This document shows, piece by piece, positions 31,000 through 42,216 of a DNA stretch of 64,000 nucleotides. Source of the DNA: Nitrosopumilus sp. (lineage in GTDB: Archaea; Thermoproteota; Nitrososphaeria; Nitrososphaerales; Nitrosopumilaceae); assembly GCA_965205675.1 (NCBI GenBank), contig OZ242186.1:800001-864000 (forward strand), read 5' to 3'. The notes beneath the pieces are model-generated. The model saw nothing but the letters and a program-made list of their open reading frames with translations. It was not told the origin of the DNA and did not search any database. The position numbers and the translations under genes are program-made. Position 1 is the first letter of the stretch; each line of letters opens with the position of its first letter.

Positions 31000-32402
31000 C
31001 TATGATAGGCTTAGAAATTCACTGTCAGCTAACTAATTTGAATAGTAAGTTATTTTGTTCATGTAAGGCAAACTATAGGAAGTTTGAGATTAATGAAAAC
31101 ATATGCCCTGTTTGTATGGGATTGCCTGGAAGCCTGCCTCGTCTAAATCAAGAAGCTGTAAAGAAAGCAACAATTATTGCCATGGCATTGAATTGTTCAA
31201 CCCCAAAACAAATTGCATTTTTTAGAAAAAATTATTTTTATCCAGACTCTCCAAAAAATTTTCAAATTACACAACTAAACATTTATGGTAATACCAGTGT
31301 TGGAGGTTCTGGCTCAATCATGGTAGGTGATAAAAAAATTAGAATTACTAGAATTCAGCTTGAAGAGGATCCTGGCAGATTAATTTACGAAGGGAGTTCT
31401 TCTAAAAACCAAATAACTTTGGTAGATTACAATCGTGCAGGCACGCCTTTAGTTGAAATTGTAACTGAGCCTGACTTTGAATCTCCTAAAGAAGTAAGGG
31501 ATTTTCTTAATATTCTGTCAGATATTCTTGCAAATCTTGGAGTTGCAGATCCTAGTCTGGAGGGGGCAATGAGAGCTGATGCCAACGTTTCAATTCAAGG
31601 TGGTAAAAAAGTTGAAATAAAAAACATTGGCTCGTTTCATGATTTAGAAAAAGCAGTTCATTTTGAAATTACAAGACAAGAAAGCTTGAATTCTCGTGAA
31701 ATAAAAATAATCCGAGAGACACGTCATTGGGATGATAGACGAAAAATTACAGTGTCTTCTCGCTCTAAAGAAGAAGAACTTGATTATCGCTATCTCTTAG
31801 AAGCTGACATACCATGGATTACAATTGATCCCCAGATTCAAAAGAAACTTGAATTAGCAATGCCTGAAAGTATTAGTTCTAAAAAAGAACGCTATACTAT
31901 AAAATATAATATTCCTCAACAAGTTGCAGATGTATTATCTTCTGATAAATATTATTCTGATCTATTTGAAGCAGCACACACTGAATCTAATGCAAAAGAA
32001 ATTGCAAATATTATTACAACTGATTTGATGGGCCTAGTTGATACTAGAGAAAAACGTGAATTATCAAAATTAACATCTACACATCTAAAAGAATTAGCTG
32101 ATTCCATACAATCTGATAAAATATCTAGAAATTCTTCAAAAAAGGCTTTACATGAGATTTTAAAAACTGGAAAAGACTTATCCACTGTAATATCCGAATT
32201 AGATCTGGGTAATGTCTCTGATGAATCACAACTATCTGAAATTATCTCTCAAGTCATTTCTGAGCAACCCCAAGCAGTAGAGCAGGCAAAAGTAAATCCA
32301 CAAACAATTAACTATCTGGTCGGAAAAGTAATGCAAAAAACACGAGGCAAAGCTGATCCTACATTAACGTTAGATTTATTGAAAAAACAAATTGGTATCT
32401 GA
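30996..32402 (+). CDS. gatB: Amidotransferase subunit B
   Basis: IGLEIH, RKNYFYPD, DYNRAG.PL.EIVTEPD, R.KE...DYRY. Confidence 0.97.
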   Translation: MTMIGLEIHCQLTNLNSKLFCSCKANYRKFEINENICPVCMGLPGSLPRLNQEAVKKATIIAMALNCSTPKQIAFFRKNYFYPDSPKNFQITQLNIYGNTSVGGSGSIMVGDKKIRITRIQLEEDPGRLIYEGSSSKNQITLVDYNRAGTPLVEIVTEPDFESPKEVRDFLNILSDILANLGVADPSLEGAMRADANVSIQGGKKVEIKNIGSFHDLEKAVHFEITRQESLNSREIKIIRETRHWDDRRKITVSSRSKEEELDYRYLLEADIPWITIDPQIQKKLELAMPESISSKKERYTIKYNIPQQVADVLSSDKYYSDLFEAAHTESNAKEIANIITTDLMGLVDTREKRELSKLTSTHLKELADSIQSDKISRNSSKKALHEILKTGKDLSTVISELDLGNVSDESQLSEIISQVISEQPQAVEQAKVNPQTINYLVGKVMQKTRGKADPTLTLDLLKKQIGI

Positions 32403-32665
32403 TGTCTGATATTTCATTAGAGGCTGTAGAATTTATCAAAATTTTGGCAAATACTGATTCAACAATACTTGAGGCAGGGATGAATGATGCAACTAAACAT
32501 AGATTAGATGGTGAAATAGGCGTGATTTTGAGGGAATATTATCGTGAAAATACATTAAATCTTGGAACTAAATGGACTGAGAAACTACTTGAATTTGGAA
32601 TTGATGAAGATACAGGCAAAGCTGCCATTGCGTGTGCAAGACGTCTTGGCATCGATATTTTATAA
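32402..32665 (+). CDS. Hypothetical protein
   Basis: 87-aa ORF translationally coupled to gatB. Confidence 0.75.
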   Translation: MSDISLEAVEFIKILANTDSTILEAGMNDATKHRLDGEIGVILREYYRENTLNLGTKWTEKLLEFGIDEDTGKAAIACARRLGIDIL

Positions 32666-32706
32666 CCAAAAATCTTTTACCTTTCTAAAATTTAAAAAAT
32701 TAAAGA

Positions 32707-34632
32707 TTGTCTGATTTTGAATTTATTCCTAATGATGCTCAAATTACAGAATCTAACATTTACAAATTTATGCAAAAATGTAATGTTTCATCTTTGCATG
32801 AATTGTCTAAAAAAGCAAATGAAAATTTGGAATGGTTTTGGGAATCTGTCGAAAAAGATATTGGCATAGTTTGGAATGAACCTTATGCAAAAACTTTGGA
32901 TGTTTCAGAGGGCATACCTTGGTCTAAATGGTTCGTAGGTGGCAAAACAAACATCTACACTTCCTCTGTTCAAAGATTTTCTAAATCCACACCAAATAAA
33001 ATAGCATATCATTTTGTATCTGAGGATGGACATACTTCTAAGATTTCATACGGTGAATTAAATGACAAAGTTTGCAAGTTTGCAAATGGACTAAAATCAC
33101 TTGGAATTACTAAAGGTGACGTCGTTGCAATCTACTCCCCCATGATTGAAGAAGCAATTTTATTAATACTTGCAGCTGCAAAAATTGGTGCAATTCAAAC
33201 TGTAATTTTTTCTGGATATGGCACAGCAGCATTACATGTTAGATTAAAAGATTGTAATGCAAAATTACTTTTAATCACTGACGGATTTTATCGTAAAGGC
33301 AAACCTGTATCTCAGAAAATCTCTGTTGAAACTGCAATTAAAAATACGTCCATTGAAAAGATTGTTGTTGTATCATACAAAGGAGTTGATAAATATGTAG
33401 AATCTGATAAGATTATTTTTTATGATTCTTTGATTTCATTGCAGAATGATTCTTGTGATACAGAAATTCTTGATTCCGAAGATCCCTTGTTTATTTTGTA
33501 TACTTCAGGTACTACGGGTACCCCAAAGGGTATAGTTCACGCCCATGGTGGTTTTTCAGTATTTGCTGGTCATCAATCGGCATATCTTGTTGATATTCAG
33601 GCACAGGATACTCTCTTTTGGCCTGCAGATATTGGGTGGATTACTGGTTTAGTATGGAATGTTTATGGTTTATTGATGCTGGGGGCGACTGCTGTAATTT
33701 ATGACGGTGCATTAGATTTTCCAACATCTAAACGAATATGGGAGATACTGTCGCACTATAAAGCAACTATCTTTGGGATCTCTCCAACAGCTGTAAGATT
33801 ATTTAAAAAAAATAATGTAGAGCCTCTAAAATTATTTGCACTTGATCACATTAAGAACATTCCTACTACTGGGGAACCTCTTGATGAAGATTCTTGGTGG
33901 TGGCTGTTTGAAAAAGTTGGAAATAAAAAAATACCTATCATGAATTTATCTGGTGGGACTGAAATTGGTGGTGCAATGCTGTCTGTATTTCCTGGCATGA
34001 AACTAAAACCAACCACTGTTGGCATTCCAGTGCCGGGTATGAATCTGGATGTATTTGATGATGATCAAAACTCTGTTAAAGAAAAAAATGGTTACTTGGT
34101 AATAAAATCCCCTTGGCCTGCTATGACTAGAGGGCTATTAAATGATAAAACAAAGTACATTGAAACTTATTGGTCCCAATTTGATAATATCTGGCTTCAT
34201 GGAGATTATGTCTATGTCGACAATGATAATTTATGGTATATGCGTGGCAGAACAGATGATGTGATCAATGTATCTGGACATAGAATGAGTACTGCTGAAA
34301 TAGAACAGACTGTAATTTCTCATAAAAATATATCTGATGCAGCATCAATTGCAATACCTGATGATATAACTGGTGAGGCAGTTGTAATCTTTTTTGTATC
34401 TGATGATAAAAATGAGATGATTTCAGATTCTATAATTTCTGATTATGTGTCTAAAACTATTGGAAAGGTTGCAAAGCCTAAATTTATTTTTCAACTATCT
34501 GATCTTCCTAAAACTAGAACAGGAAAAATTATGCGTAGGTTGTTAAAATCAAAATTACTTGGAACCGAATTGGGGGATTTATCTTCACTTGAAAATCCTC
34601 ATATCTTAGATGAAATCCAAAAATTAGGTTGA
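32707..34632 (+). CDS. AMP-forming acyl-CoA synthetase (acetyl-CoA synthetase-like)
   Basis: YTSGTTGTPKG, ADIGWITG, GRTDDVINVSGHR, PKTRTGKIMRR. Confidence 0.93.
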   Translation: MSDFEFIPNDAQITESNIYKFMQKCNVSSLHELSKKANENLEWFWESVEKDIGIVWNEPYAKTLDVSEGIPWSKWFVGGKTNIYTSSVQRFSKSTPNKIAYHFVSEDGHTSKISYGELNDKVCKFANGLKSLGITKGDVVAIYSPMIEEAILLILAAAKIGAIQTVIFSGYGTAALHVRLKDCNAKLLLITDGFYRKGKPVSQKISVETAIKNTSIEKIVVVSYKGVDKYVESDKIIFYDSLISLQNDSCDTEILDSEDPLFILYTSGTTGTPKGIVHAHGGFSVFAGHQSAYLVDIQAQDTLFWPADIGWITGLVWNVYGLLMLGATAVIYDGALDFPTSKRIWEILSHYKATIFGISPTAVRLFKKNNVEPLKLFALDHIKNIPTTGEPLDEDSWWWLFEKVGNKKIPIMNLSGGTEIGGAMLSVFPGMKLKPTTVGIPVPGMNLDVFDDDQNSVKEKNGYLVIKSPWPAMTRGLLNDKTKYIETYWSQFDNIWLHGDYVYVDNDNLWYMRGRTDDVINVSGHRMSTAEIEQTVISHKNISDAASIAIPDDITGEAVVIFFVSDDKNEMISDSIISDYVSKTIGKVAKPKFIFQLSDLPKTRTGKIMRRLLKSKLLGTELGDLSSLENPHILDEIQKLG

Positions 34633-34702
34633 ATAAATCTCACTCTTTGATATTTTCTATTTCACGTTTTATCTATAATCTCATTTGAAATAAGATAACT
34701 CA

Positions 34703-36055
34703 TTGAAATTTATAGTTGATCAGCAAGTAGAAGATATTGAGATGCCTGAGAATCTCAAATTAAACACGTTTTTGCAAGAATTTCACTCTGATTGTCTTCA
34801 CACTGAATGTAATTTTGGATTTTATGGATTTGCATTTGGCCAATCGCCATTTCCAGTACCTAAAATGATCCAAAATGCACTGATAAAAAATGCGGACAAG
34901 GGCGAATATGCTGCTGTTCCTGGCATTCCAGAGTTACGTGATGCCATTTCAAGATACAACAAATATTATTTTAAAATAGACATAGCTCCTCAAAGAATCT
35001 ATGTTGGTCCGGGAACCAAAGAATTAATTTTTAATCTTTTAGAGATCTTACACGGTACTGTAATTTTACCTACACCTGCATGGTTAGGCTATCTTCCACA
35101 AATTAGATTCTTGAAAAAAAATTATCATATGTTGCCTACTCGCGCAAATAAAAAAATTTCTCCACAAGATCTACGAAAGTTAGCATTAAGATTACAAGAC
35201 AGGCAGAAAATTTTAATACTAAATAACCCTCACAACCCCACTGGTCTATTATACGATAAACTAGAATTAGAAGAAATTGCTGATGTGTGCAGAGAGCAAG
35301 ACATTACTGTAATTTCTGATGAAATCTATGCCTTGACAACATATGATTTTTCTAAATTTGTCAGTATGGGAAAAATTTACCCTGAAGGAACTTTTGTTAC
35401 TAACGGACTATCAAAATCACACGCATCTGGCGGTTATAGACTGGGCTATGTTATTTTTCCACAACATGCTGTAGATCTTAAATTACAGTTTAAAAAAATT
35501 CTTGCAACTGAATATACAGCAGTGTCTACTCCAATCCAACATGCTGCAATTGCAGGATTTGAAATAAGCAAAGACATGGATGAGTATTTCAATACAACTC
35601 GTAATATTCATCAGATGATGGGAGAATACACATATCATACATTAACTGCAATAGAAGGTGTCAAAACTACCAAACCTGAAGCAACTTTCTACTTGCTAGC
35701 TGATTTTAACGCATTTGCAAGTGATTTACAAGATGCAAAAATTACCACATCGCAAAAATTATCTGAATCTCTCATAGTTCATCCATACCATATTGCAATT
35801 GTAGGTGGGGATAGTCTGGTTTTAGAGCGAACTGATTTTAGTGCCAGAATTGCTTATATTGATTATGATGGATCTCAAGTATATCAAAAATATCTTCAAG
35901 AACGACCCAAATCATCTTCTGAAAAAACTGAATTTGTAAAAAATTATGCCCCCAAAGTGGTAGCCGGTTTAGATATGCTTGCAGAATTTTTTAGCAATCT
36001 GCAAAAGAATAATCTTTCTGAATTACAATCTAAGCGTTTTATGGCTACTAATTAA
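34703..36055 (+). CDS. PLP-dependent aminotransferase class I/II
   Basis: NNPHNPTG, SDEIY, GLSK....GYRLG. Confidence 0.92.
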   Translation: MKFIVDQQVEDIEMPENLKLNTFLQEFHSDCLHTECNFGFYGFAFGQSPFPVPKMIQNALIKNADKGEYAAVPGIPELRDAISRYNKYYFKIDIAPQRIYVGPGTKELIFNLLEILHGTVILPTPAWLGYLPQIRFLKKNYHMLPTRANKKISPQDLRKLALRLQDRQKILILNNPHNPTGLLYDKLELEEIADVCREQDITVISDEIYALTTYDFSKFVSMGKIYPEGTFVTNGLSKSHASGGYRLGYVIFPQHAVDLKLQFKKILATEYTAVSTPIQHAAIAGFEISKDMDEYFNTTRNIHQMMGEYTYHTLTAIEGVKTTKPEATFYLLADFNAFASDLQDAKITTSQKLSESLIVHPYHIAIVGGDSLVLERTDFSARIAYIDYDGSQVYQKYLQERPKSSSEKTEFVKNYAPKVVAGLDMLAEFFSNLQKNNLSELQSKRFMATN

Positions 36056-36902
36056 GCTAATTTTGATTTTAATAGTCAGTACTCTTCTAAACTAATTTCT
36101 CCTTTGGCTGGCAGTGTTTGAAGAATTTCTTTTCGATTTGAACTTGTTACTGGTTTGATGATTTCTATATGTGGGATTGTCCAGATTGTTGTAAGCTAGG
36201 GATATGATAAAATTAATTAAATTTTGTGAATGCTTAATTGCAGATCTCAAAAAAACTTGTTTTATTCTACAAAATGTAAATGCTGTTCAGTTTATGAACT
36301 GCTTATTATTTCAGAGATAAGACTTTCCATCGTTGTCTATTGGGAATTTATACAAAACCCTCCAAGAACAAGATATTATTAATACTCTAATATTTTTTAT
36401 CCATCCAACACATGTAGAAAAGATGATTGTATGATTTTTTTCTTTCAGCAATCTTGACATATTTTATTAACTTGCCAAGATTTACAGATGTGTGAGACCT
36501 TGAGCATGGTCAGTTTTTATTTTTGACTAGTCTTTCAAATTATCCAACTTGCAAGACTAGTTGAGAATATCTTATATCTCCCAACATATGATGATAAATC
36601 CCTCTAACATTTTAGCAATAAGAAACATTTGAGATTAATTACTCTGATAAAGCAAATCTCCATACTCCGCTGCCAGACCAACTAGCATGCAATGTCTGAA
36701 TATTTTATAGTAACCTGATTCAAGCCTGATGTTGTAAATTATACATTTAGAAATTCTGCAAAAATATTCATAAACTTTTGATCATCAGGCACACTGTAAA
36801 GTCAATTCAAAAAGGGGAAATTCTTGCCATCTTTGATAGTTTCTTAGAGAATTCTGGACTATTTCCCATTCTTTAAATCACTATTTCAGTTTTCTTTAGT
36901 TT

Positions 36903-37859
36903 ATGCTTGTACAACAATCCTCTGAACTTAAAGAAGAGATCATGCGACTCAAAAAAGAAAAAGATGTGGTAATTCTAGCACATAATTATCAAATTCCTGA
37001 TGTACAAGATGTAGCTGATTTTACAGGTGATTCTCTTGGATTGTCTAGAAAAGCCGCAACAGTTCCTCAAAAAACAATTCTATTTTGTGGCGTAAATTTT
37101 ATGGCAGAAACTGCAGCAATCATCAGCCCTCAAAAAAAAGTCCTACTTCCAGATTTAGAAGCTGGATGTTCATTATCGGATTCCATCACTGTGGATGAAT
37201 TAAGAAATTGGAAAAAACAACATCCAAATGCAATTACAGTTGGATATGTAAACACTACTGCAGAAATTAAAGCAGAGCTTGATTATTGTTGTACTTCATC
37301 TAATGCTATAAACGTTGTAAAGGCAATTTCTGATGAGAAAGAAATTTTATTTTTACCTGACATGTTTTTGGGATCGTATGTAGCAAAAATGACTGGAAGA
37401 AAAAATATGTATATCTGGGCAGGTGAATGCCATGTACATGCAGGAATTACTCCTGAAGATGTAACAAAAAAATTAGAATCTATGCAAGATACAGAATTTG
37501 TAATTCATCCTGAATGTAGCTGTACTACTCCAATGATGTATGATGTTGCAGATGGATGTTATGATGATAAAAAAGTTTCAATACTTTCTACTGAAGGAAT
37601 GCTAAATCATGTGAATGAATCAAAATCAAAAAATTTTGTTGTTGCCACCGAAACTGGAATACTTTATCGTATGAGACAACAAAACCCTGAAAAAACATTC
37701 ATTCCTGCATCTGAAAAGGCAGAATGTCAATATATGAAAATGATCACACTTGAAAAAGTATATGATACATTGATAAATGAAAAAAATGTTGTCAAAGTCC
37801 CTAAAGACATTGCAGATAAAGCTCGTTTAGCAATTGATAGAATGCTTGCAATCAGCTAA
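36903..37859 (+). CDS. nadA: Quinolinate synthase
   Basis: LAHNYQ, GDSL, FCGV.FMAE, C.VH, HPEC. Confidence 0.96.
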   Translation: MLVQQSSELKEEIMRLKKEKDVVILAHNYQIPDVQDVADFTGDSLGLSRKAATVPQKTILFCGVNFMAETAAIISPQKKVLLPDLEAGCSLSDSITVDELRNWKKQHPNAITVGYVNTTAEIKAELDYCCTSSNAINVVKAISDEKEILFLPDMFLGSYVAKMTGRKNMYIWAGECHVHAGITPEDVTKKLESMQDTEFVIHPECSCTTPMMYDVADGCYDDKKVSILSTEGMLNHVNESKSKNFVVATETGILYRMRQQNPEKTFIPASEKAECQYMKMITLEKVYDTLINEKNVVKVPKDIADKARLAIDRMLAIS

Positions 37860-37870
37860 CCTATCTAATT

Positions 37871-38263
37871 ATGACTGGATTATTTTCACGAGGATCTAAA
37901 GACCCTCAATTAAAACAAAATACTCAAAAATTAAAAGAAATCAAAAAACTTGTTAAAGAAAAAAAATACACTGAGGCTTTAAAATCTGGCACAGATTATC
38001 TGCGAAAAGTTCCCCACAATCATGATGTTTTATTCACTGTCGGAGGAATTTACTATCTGAAAAATAAACATAGGATAGCTATCTCATATTTTGAAAAAGC
38101 ACTTCAGATTGGCACTTATGATATTGACGTGTTATTCTTGAAAGCTTACTCTCACCAAAAATTAGGAGAAAATAAACGAGCTATACAGTGTTGTGAAAAA
38201 ATTAAAGAAATAGATCCTAAAAATAAGGCATTGTCTAATTTGCTAGATGAGTTAAATTCTTAA
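37871..38263 (+). CDS. Tetratricopeptide repeat protein
   Basis: TPR-like helices (G.IYY....A..YFEKAL). Confidence 0.8.
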   Translation: MTGLFSRGSKDPQLKQNTQKLKEIKKLVKEKKYTEALKSGTDYLRKVPHNHDVLFTVGGIYYLKNKHRIAISYFEKALQIGTYDIDVLFLKAYSHQKLGENKRAIQCCEKIKEIDPKNKALSNLLDELNS

Positions 38264-39075
38264 ATCTCTAAACTCATATCGATACCTTTAACCGCATTTG
38301 TAATGCTTCCTACAGAAATAATGTCTACTCCTGTTTGAGCATATTTTGAAATATTTTCAGAGTTAATTCCACCTGATGCTTCAAGCATGACCTTGTCTCT
38401 TAGTCTTTGATTTTTCAAAACTTGGATTGTTTTTTTGATCTGTGTTGGGGTAAAGTTATCTAGCATAATTATTGCTGCCCCTTCTTTTGCAGATAATACG
38501 GCATCTGTTGTGTTTTCAACTTCAACTTCAAATTTTTTATGTTTTTTCCTTGTTTTTTTAATTAAAGATAATAATGAATTTTCGATTGCGATATGATTAT
38601 CTTTGATCATAACCATTTCGTCTAGTCTGAGTCGATGTTTTTTACCTCCTCCAATTTCTACTGCTTCTTTATCAAAATATCTTAGTCCTGGAGCTGTTTT
38701 TCTTGTAGCATACAATTTTGTTTTCTTTGGAATTTTTTTCACAAGAGTATCTGTTTGGGTTGCTATTCCGCTCATTCTTGTTAATAGATTGAGCGCTGTT
38801 CTCTCACAAGTTAAGATATTCCCTGCATTTCCTGTAATTGTCATTATGATTTGATTTGCTTTTACTTTTGAACCATCCTTTTTCAATATTCTGGAATTGC
38901 TTCCTTTGATTTTAAAAATCATTTTTGCATGTGATGTTCCTGCAACAATGGCATTTTCTCTGGAGATAATTTTCACTGAAATTTTTTTCTTAGTTAAAAG
39001 ATTACTTGTAATGTCTCCTTTCCCAATATCCTCTGCAAGGAATTGTGATAACTGTTTTTTTAAATTAAATATCAA
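38260..39075 (-). CDS. nadC: Quinolinate phosphoribosyltransferase
   Basis: TRKTAPGLR, HR..L...VMIKDNH, MLDN, EASGGI. Confidence 0.96.
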   Translation of the reverse strand: MIFNLKKQLSQFLAEDIGKGDITSNLLTKKKISVKIISRENAIVAGTSHAKMIFKIKGSNSRILKKDGSKVKANQIIMTITGNAGNILTCERTALNLLTRMSGIATQTDTLVKKIPKKTKLYATRKTAPGLRYFDKEAVEIGGGKKHRLRLDEMVMIKDNHIAIENSLLSLIKKTRKKHKKFEVEVENTTDAVLSAKEGAAIIMLDNFTPTQIKKTIQVLKNQRLRDKVMLEASGGINSENISKYAQTGVDIISVGSITNAVKGIDMSLEI

Positions 39076-39110
39076 TATAATGATGAAATGTTAATGTAAT
39101 TTTAAATATT

Positions 39111-39299
39111 TTATGTCACTTTAATTGCATATTTGCCCTTTTGAGTAATGCCTAATGTTTTTGAGATCTCTGAGTTTGTTGGATCAACTACTAACACAAT
39201 CCCATTCCAATCTGGTGTCAAGTCTGATGATTTGCAATTTGGACATACCTTTAGTGTTGTAACATGTTTACATTTACGGCATGCCATTTCTCGTGCCAT
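39111..39299 (-). CDS. spt4: Transcription elongation factor Spt4 (RpoE2)
   Basis: AC..C....CP.C...W.G; follows rpoE1. Confidence 0.92.
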   Translation of the reverse strand: MAREMACRKCKHVTTLKVCPNCKSSDLTPDWNGIVLVVDPTNSEISKTLGITQKGKYAIKVT

Positions 39300-39301
39300 T
39301 T

Positions 39302-39886
39302 CTAACTTGCCTCTATTACGGACTCGTCTTTGCCGCCATCAGCTTTCTTTATCTCTTCTACAATCCAATCGTCTGCACCAAGGAATGGTTGCCTGCATGT
39401 AATTCCAATTTTGCCCATTGCAGCGGCTTTACCTAATGACACTGCAGTGATTCTTGCACGAAGTGTGGAGCCAACTTTAAGTGTCCTGCCACTCTGATTT
39501 GCTAAAATCATTCCGGATTTAACATCACTCTTGAGATAATCATCCATAACTTGTGATAAGTGAAGTAATGCATCAGTTGGACCGATTCTTACAAATGCTC
39601 CAAAGTCTGTAATGTCTACAATTTCCCCTTGAACAATTTCTTGTAATTTTGGATAAAATGTTAAAGCTTCAAATTCAACTTTGTGAAATGTTCCACCGTC
39701 TCCTGCAATCATCTTTCCCATTTCGTCAACTTTGGCATCTAAAATCATGATGATATATCCTAAATCTGCATTAATCATACTTTCATATTTTTCTTTGAGA
39801 ATATTCAATGCCGCCTTTTTGAGGGTAGTTCCAAACAAGCTTGGAGGAATCCTAACAACATCAACTAGGGTGGATATAGAAAACAA
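39302..39886 (-). CDS. rpoE1: RNA polymerase subunit Rpo7 (E')
   Basis: VRIPP..FG, S1 domain FGAFVRIGP.DALLH.SQ. Confidence 0.95.
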   Translation of the reverse strand: MFSISTLVDVVRIPPSLFGTTLKKAALNILKEKYESMINADLGYIIMILDAKVDEMGKMIAGDGGTFHKVEFEALTFYPKLQEIVQGEIVDITDFGAFVRIGPTDALLHLSQVMDDYLKSDVKSGMILANQSGRTLKVGSTLRARITAVSLGKAAAMGKIGITCRQPFLGADDWIVEEIKKADGGKDESVIEAS

Positions 39887-40035
39887 ATGTACAGTTTTTC
39901 TCGAATTTCAATTTATGAATGTTTAGGTATTTTTAGGCTTGAAAACCTAAAGATTTCTCTTATTTTTTTAAGTAAATGCCAATTTCTTTTGATCTCAACT
40001 TATGTTTAAATAAAGCAGACTGACTTTTTGACGCA

Positions 40036-41148
40036 ATGGTTGGAATCGATCAAGTTCTTGAAAAACTTAGTACTGTAATTGATCCTGATTTGAAAAAAGA
40101 TATCGTATCTATGGGTATGATTAAAGATTTAGAACTTGATGATGGCAATCTCAAATTTACTTTAGAATTAACAACTCCTGCATGTCCTTTCAATGTCGAA
40201 ATTGAAGATGATGTCCGAAAAGCAATTGCTGAAATTTCTGACTTGAAGAATTTTGATTTGAATGTAACTGCCAAGGTAATGGAAGGGCGTTCTCTTGAGG
40301 ATGATACTGGAATGGCAACTGTCAAAAATATCATTGGTGTTGCAAGTGGAAAAGGTGGTGTTGGAAAATCTACCGTTTCTTTAAACTTGGCTCTTGCACT
40401 ATCTCAATCAGGGGCCAAAGTTGGTTTACTTGATGCAGATATTTACGGTCCCAGCATTCCATTGATGCTTGGAATGAAAGATGGATTTATGGAAGTTGAA
40501 GATAATAAACTACAACCTGCTAATTCAAATGGATTAAAAGTTGTTTCATTTGGTTTCTTTGCTGACCAATCAAACCAAGCTGCAATCTATCGGGGTCCTA
40601 TTATTTCTGGTATATTGAAACAATTTCTAGTTGACACTAATTGGTCTGAGCTAGATTATCTTATTGTAGATCTTCCTCCTGGAACTGGGGATATTCCATT
40701 AACTCTTGCACAAACGATTCCCATCACTGGAATCCTTGTAGTAACAACCCCTCAAGATGTTGCAAGTGATGTTGCAGTCAAAGCAGTTTCAATGTTTGAA
40801 AAATTAAACGTTCCAATTATTGGTGTTGTTGAAAACATGAGCCATTTTATTTGCCCTAATTGTAATGACAAACATTACGTATTTGGTGAAGGTGGTGCAA
40901 AGAAAATTAGTGAAAGATTCCACATGCCTTTCTTAGGTGAGATTCCACTAAATTCTGGAATTATGTCTGGTTCTGATTTAGGTAAACCAATTATGATTAC
41001 AAATCCTGATTCCCCAAGTGCAGATGCTTTTAGAGTGAGTGCAAAAAATATTGCAGCACAGTGTAGCATACTTGCAGCCAAACTTCAAGATGAAATTGCA
41101 TCTGAAGATTCTGGTGAAGAATCTACACCTGAGCCAAGTGTTAATTAA
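40036..41148 (+). CDS. Mrp/NBP35 (ApbC) Fe-S carrier ATPase with N-terminal DUF59
   Basis: V.DPDL..DIV, LTTPACP, SGKGGVGKST, DLPPGTGD, ENMS...CP.C. Confidence 0.95.
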   Translation: MVGIDQVLEKLSTVIDPDLKKDIVSMGMIKDLELDDGNLKFTLELTTPACPFNVEIEDDVRKAIAEISDLKNFDLNVTAKVMEGRSLEDDTGMATVKNIIGVASGKGGVGKSTVSLNLALALSQSGAKVGLLDADIYGPSIPLMLGMKDGFMEVEDNKLQPANSNGLKVVSFGFFADQSNQAAIYRGPIISGILKQFLVDTNWSELDYLIVDLPPGTGDIPLTLAQTIPITGILVVTTPQDVASDVAVKAVSMFEKLNVPIIGVVENMSHFICPNCNDKHYVFGEGGAKKISERFHMPFLGEIPLNSGIMSGSDLGKPIMITNPDSPSADAFRVSAKNIAAQCSILAAKLQDEIASEDSGEESTPEPSVN

Positions 41149-41159
41149 TTTAGATTTCT

Positions 41160-41654
41160 GTGAAATTACCTGATTCTTTAAGAAATCAATTGAAAATACC
41201 TCTGGGGGTATTGCTACCTAACAGACAAATTAACAAAAACAATATTGAGAAGTACCTATCAAAAGACTCGTACATAATCACTGTTGGTGATAGAACCACA
41301 GAAAAAATGATTAATTTTGGTTTGATTCCCTCATTACAAATTATTGATGGTCAAGAAAAACGAGAAAAACGAGAACCGCCAACATTAGAAAATGCCACAG
41401 AGTTAACTGTAGATAATCCTGCTGCAGAAATTACCTCTCAAAGCATCACTGTTATCAAAAAAGCATTTACATTGGAATCTCCAGTACGCCTTTTTGTAAA
41501 TGGCGAGGAGGATCTCTTGGTCCTTCCTGTATGTATTCATGCCCCTGATAATTCTATAGTTTTGTATGGTCAGCCACATGAAGGTTTGATAATAGTCAAC
41601 ATCACTACCGAAATTAGAAATAAAGTACAAACACTACTTGATTTAATGAATTAA
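41160..41654 (+). CDS. GTP-dependent dephospho-CoA kinase (DUF359)
   Basis: VGD, IIDG..KR, NP...I, GEEDL, YGQP.EG. Confidence 0.88.
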   Translation: MKLPDSLRNQLKIPLGVLLPNRQINKNNIEKYLSKDSYIITVGDRTTEKMINFGLIPSLQIIDGQEKREKREPPTLENATELTVDNPAAEITSQSITVIKKAFTLESPVRLFVNGEEDLLVLPVCIHAPDNSIVLYGQPHEGLIIVNITTEIRNKVQTLLDLMN

Positions 41655-41806
41655 CTGGGGTGTGATGAGACGGTGGCTGTATGATTGATGATTACCTCAC
41701 TAAAACCTCTGACCCTATTAATTCATAATCTGCCAAATCAAAATACACCCAATCTAATACAACAATTGACATTTCAAGATAAACATAGATTTGAAGATGT
41801 ATTATT

Positions 41807-42184
41807 GTGAAACTTGATCCTGATCTTGCATTACAAATTTTAGAAAAAGTTGGCATTTACTCAAATCGTTTTTCTATTTCTGAACCTCAAACTCTATTAA
41901 CTACTAGAGATGTCTTAGATGCCCCAAAAGAAATGACTGAGGGCAGACGCACTTCTGCTTACAAGTATTATGGTGTATCTTATCTTCAACATAATCTCGT
42001 CTTCATTAATGTACGAAAAATACCTGACGAGAAAACTCTAGAAAATACAATCGTTCATGAATTGATCCATATGAGATTCCCGTACCTTGCACATGGAAAA
42101 CGATTCAACAAATTAGTTCGACAAGGACTTGGGGGAGGTATATTTCCTCCATATCGAAAAAGAAGTAAGATCACTACTATTTGA
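41807..42184 (+). CDS. Putative zinc metallopeptidase-like protein
   Basis: IVHELIH...H...F (HExxH); start uncertain. Confidence 0.65.
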   Translation: MKLDPDLALQILEKVGIYSNRFSISEPQTLLTTRDVLDAPKEMTEGRRTSAYKYYGVSYLQHNLVFINVRKIPDEKTLENTIVHELIHMRFPYLAHGKRFNKLVRQGLGGGIFPPYRKRSKITTI

Positions 42185-42216
42185 TTTATATTTACTAGGC
42201 TTTGGCAAGCGAGTAT

